The notes beneath the pieces are model-generated. The model was not told the DNA's origin. It made no database searches and saw only the letters and a program-made list of their open reading frames with translations. From NCBI GenBank assembly GCA_046045965.1, contig JBJOKS010000016.1:1-64000 (forward strand): a DNA stretch of 64,000 bases, read 5' to 3'. The DNA comes from Cyanobacteriota bacterium. Its GTDB lineage: Bacteria; Cyanobacteriota; Cyanobacteriia; Cyanobacteriales; Nostocaceae. The number at the start of each line of letters is the position of its first letter. The first letter of the stretch is position 1. A program made the position numbers and the translations under genes. Shown in pieces: positions 62,211 through 64,000 of this stretch.

Positions 62211-63152
62211 ATGCGTCTAGAGCAGTTGCAAGCTTTTTTAGCGATCGCCCAAACTGGCAGTTTTCAACAAGCAGCAAAAAAATGTGGTGTCACCCAATCT
62301 ACAATTAGTAGGCAAATTCAAGCAATAGAAGCAGATTTAGGTATAGAACTGTTTCACAGAACCACCCACGCTAAACTCACATTGGGGGGTGAACGTTTGC
62401 TTCCCCGTGTGCGGAAAATTTGCCAAGAATGGGAATTTGCTACACAAGAATTAGCAGATTTAGTAGCAGGAAAACAACCAGAATTATGTATTGCGGCAAT
62501 TCATTCTATTTGTGCTTCTTACCTACCACAAATTTTACAAAAGTTTTGTCATGATTATCCAGAAGTACAATTAAGAGTAACATCATTAGGAAGCGATCGC
62601 TCTCTCAAAGTCCTAAAAGATGGACTTGTAGATTTAGCAATAGTCATGCACAATCGCTTTTTGATCACTGGTAAAGAAATGGTCGTACAAACATTATATG
62701 ATGAACCTATAGAAGTATTAACAGCAGTAAATCATCCCCTAGCCAAATTTGAATCTATACCCTGGAACGAATTAATCAAATATCCCCAAGTAGTATTTAA
62801 AGATGGCTATGGAATGCAGCGTTTAATTCAAGATAGATTTGATAAACTAGGAGCAAAACTGCAAGCAGCTTTAGAAGTAAACACCTTAGATGCTTTTCGC
62901 GGAGTAGTCAGACAAGGAGAACTAATTGCTTTATTACCTCATTCAGCATTAATAGAAGCCAAATTTGATCCTAGTCTTGCAATTCGTCCTCTAGACAGTA
63001 ATAGTAATTTACCTGATAATTCGAGTTTAACTCGTCGCGTAGTCATGGTAACAACTCAAGACCGTCTCCAAATTCCTCCTATTCAACACTTTTGGCAGCT
63101 AGTAAGTGACAATATTCCTCCACAACTAGACCAAAAACTTTCAGCATCTTAA
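62211..63152 (+). CDS. ntcB: LysR-family nitrate assimilation activator
   Basis: MRLEQLQAFLAIA.TGSFQQAA..CGVTQSTISRQI; adjacent to nir cluster. Confidence 0.92.
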   Translation: MRLEQLQAFLAIAQTGSFQQAAKKCGVTQSTISRQIQAIEADLGIELFHRTTHAKLTLGGERLLPRVRKICQEWEFATQELADLVAGKQPELCIAAIHSICASYLPQILQKFCHDYPEVQLRVTSLGSDRSLKVLKDGLVDLAIVMHNRFLITGKEMVVQTLYDEPIEVLTAVNHPLAKFESIPWNELIKYPQVVFKDGYGMQRLIQDRFDKLGAKLQAALEVNTLDAFRGVVRQGELIALLPHSALIEAKFDPSLAIRPLDSNSNLPDNSSLTRRVVMVTTQDRLQIPPIQHFWQLVSDNIPPQLDQKLSAS

Positions 63153-63247
63153 ATAGGGGACTGGGGACTGGGGACTGGTTAATAGTTAGTTTTTCCCAAT
63201 GACTAATGACTAATGACTAATAACTAATAACTAATAACTAATAACTA

Positions 63248-64000
63248 ATGACTAATATATTTAGAGAATTTATCCAAAAAGTCGGTAGTGGTAGCCATAC
63301 TTCCGAAAATTTAACCCGTGCGGAAGCTGCTACTGCTATGAAAATGATGTTATTAGCAGAAGCTACACCTGCACAAATAGGCGCTTTTTTAATTTCCCAT
63401 CGGATCAAACGTCCCACAGGTGAAGAATTAGCAGGAATGTTAGATGCTTATTATGAAATTGGACCAAAATTACAACCAATTAATAATAATAACAACAATA
63501 ATAAAATTCCTATTGTTCTAGGAATACCCTATGATGGTAGAACTCGCACCGCACCAATTAATATTATTACAGCTTTATTATTAGCAACTGCGGGACAACC
63601 TGTAATTATGCACGGAGGAATTCGCTATCCCACTAAATATGGTTTACCGCTAATAGAAATTTGGCAAAATTTAGGAGTAAATTGGACTAATTTACCTCTA
63701 GAAAAAACCCAGGAAATATTTAATAAAACTCATCTCGGTTTTATTTACACACCGCATCATTTTCCCCTCACTAACATTCTTTGGGAATATCGAGAACAAT
63801 TAGGAAAACGCCCACCATTAGCGACAATGGAATTAATTTGGTGTCCCTACGCTGGTGATGCTCATATTATCGCTGGTTTTGTCCATCCACCAACTGAAGC
63901 CATGTTTCAAACAGCTTTAGAAATGCAAGGAGTGAAAAAATACACCTTTATTAAAGGTTTAGAAGGTAGTTGTGATTTACCACGCGATCGCACAGCGATT
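63248..64000 (+). CDS. cnaT: Anthranilate phosphoribosyltransferase-like protein CnaT (runs off window end)
   Basis: Manual translation MTNIFREFIQKVGSGSHTSENLTR..ATPAQIGAFLISHRIKRPT..PYDGRTRT; follows ntcB; absent from ORF track because it has no stop in the window. Confidence 0.85.
   Translation, partial: MTNIFREFIQKVGSGSHTSENLTRAEAATAMKMMLLAEATPAQIGAFLISHRIKRPTGEELAGMLDAYYEIGPKLQPINNNNNNNKIPIVLGIPYDGRTRTAPINIITALLLATAGQPVIMHGGIRYPTKYGLPLIEIWQNLGVNWTNLPLEKTQEIFNKTHLGFIYTPHHFPLTNILWEYREQLGKRPPLATMELIWCPYAGDAHIIAGFVHPPTEAMFQTALEMQGVKKYTFIKGLEGSCDLPRDRTAI

Overview
64 kb of a heterocyst-forming filamentous cyanobacterium (Nostocales; Anabaena/Sphaerospermopsis/Dolichospermum-like), judged from over 30 HIP1 octamers, 7-bp STRR arrays, an asr1734/prpJ-type locus and gene content. 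Housekeeping genes: thrS, two ndhD2-type genes, thrB, rpsN, aat, ftsX, def, recJ, cydAB, ctp protease, ycf29/rre1, ndhM. There is a complete nitrate assimilation cluster (nirA-nrtABCD-narB-psiE-like-narM, Rieske, ntcB, cnaT) with clear NtcA and NtcB boxes, and a cbiMNQO cobalt operon under a cobalamin riboswitch. Best candidates for undescribed systems: (1) a three-gene cassette (wHTH-like protein, P-loop ATPase, DUF1802-type protein) bracketed by an 86-bp direct repeat that carries a near-consensus antisense sigma70 promoter. It lies in a defence hotspot where the nuclease partners (PIN toxin, probable restriction enzyme, probable Mrr-like core) appear deleted. (2) A divergent TonB-receptor / mbnP-mbnH module whose two promoters share a 19/21-identical operator-like box, with a partial copy before cydAB, suggesting a copper-starvation regulon. 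(3) A phosphatase + CHAT-FHA + FHA-PrsW phospho-proteolysis cluster. Family assignments come from recognised motifs and recalled homologues, not from database searches.
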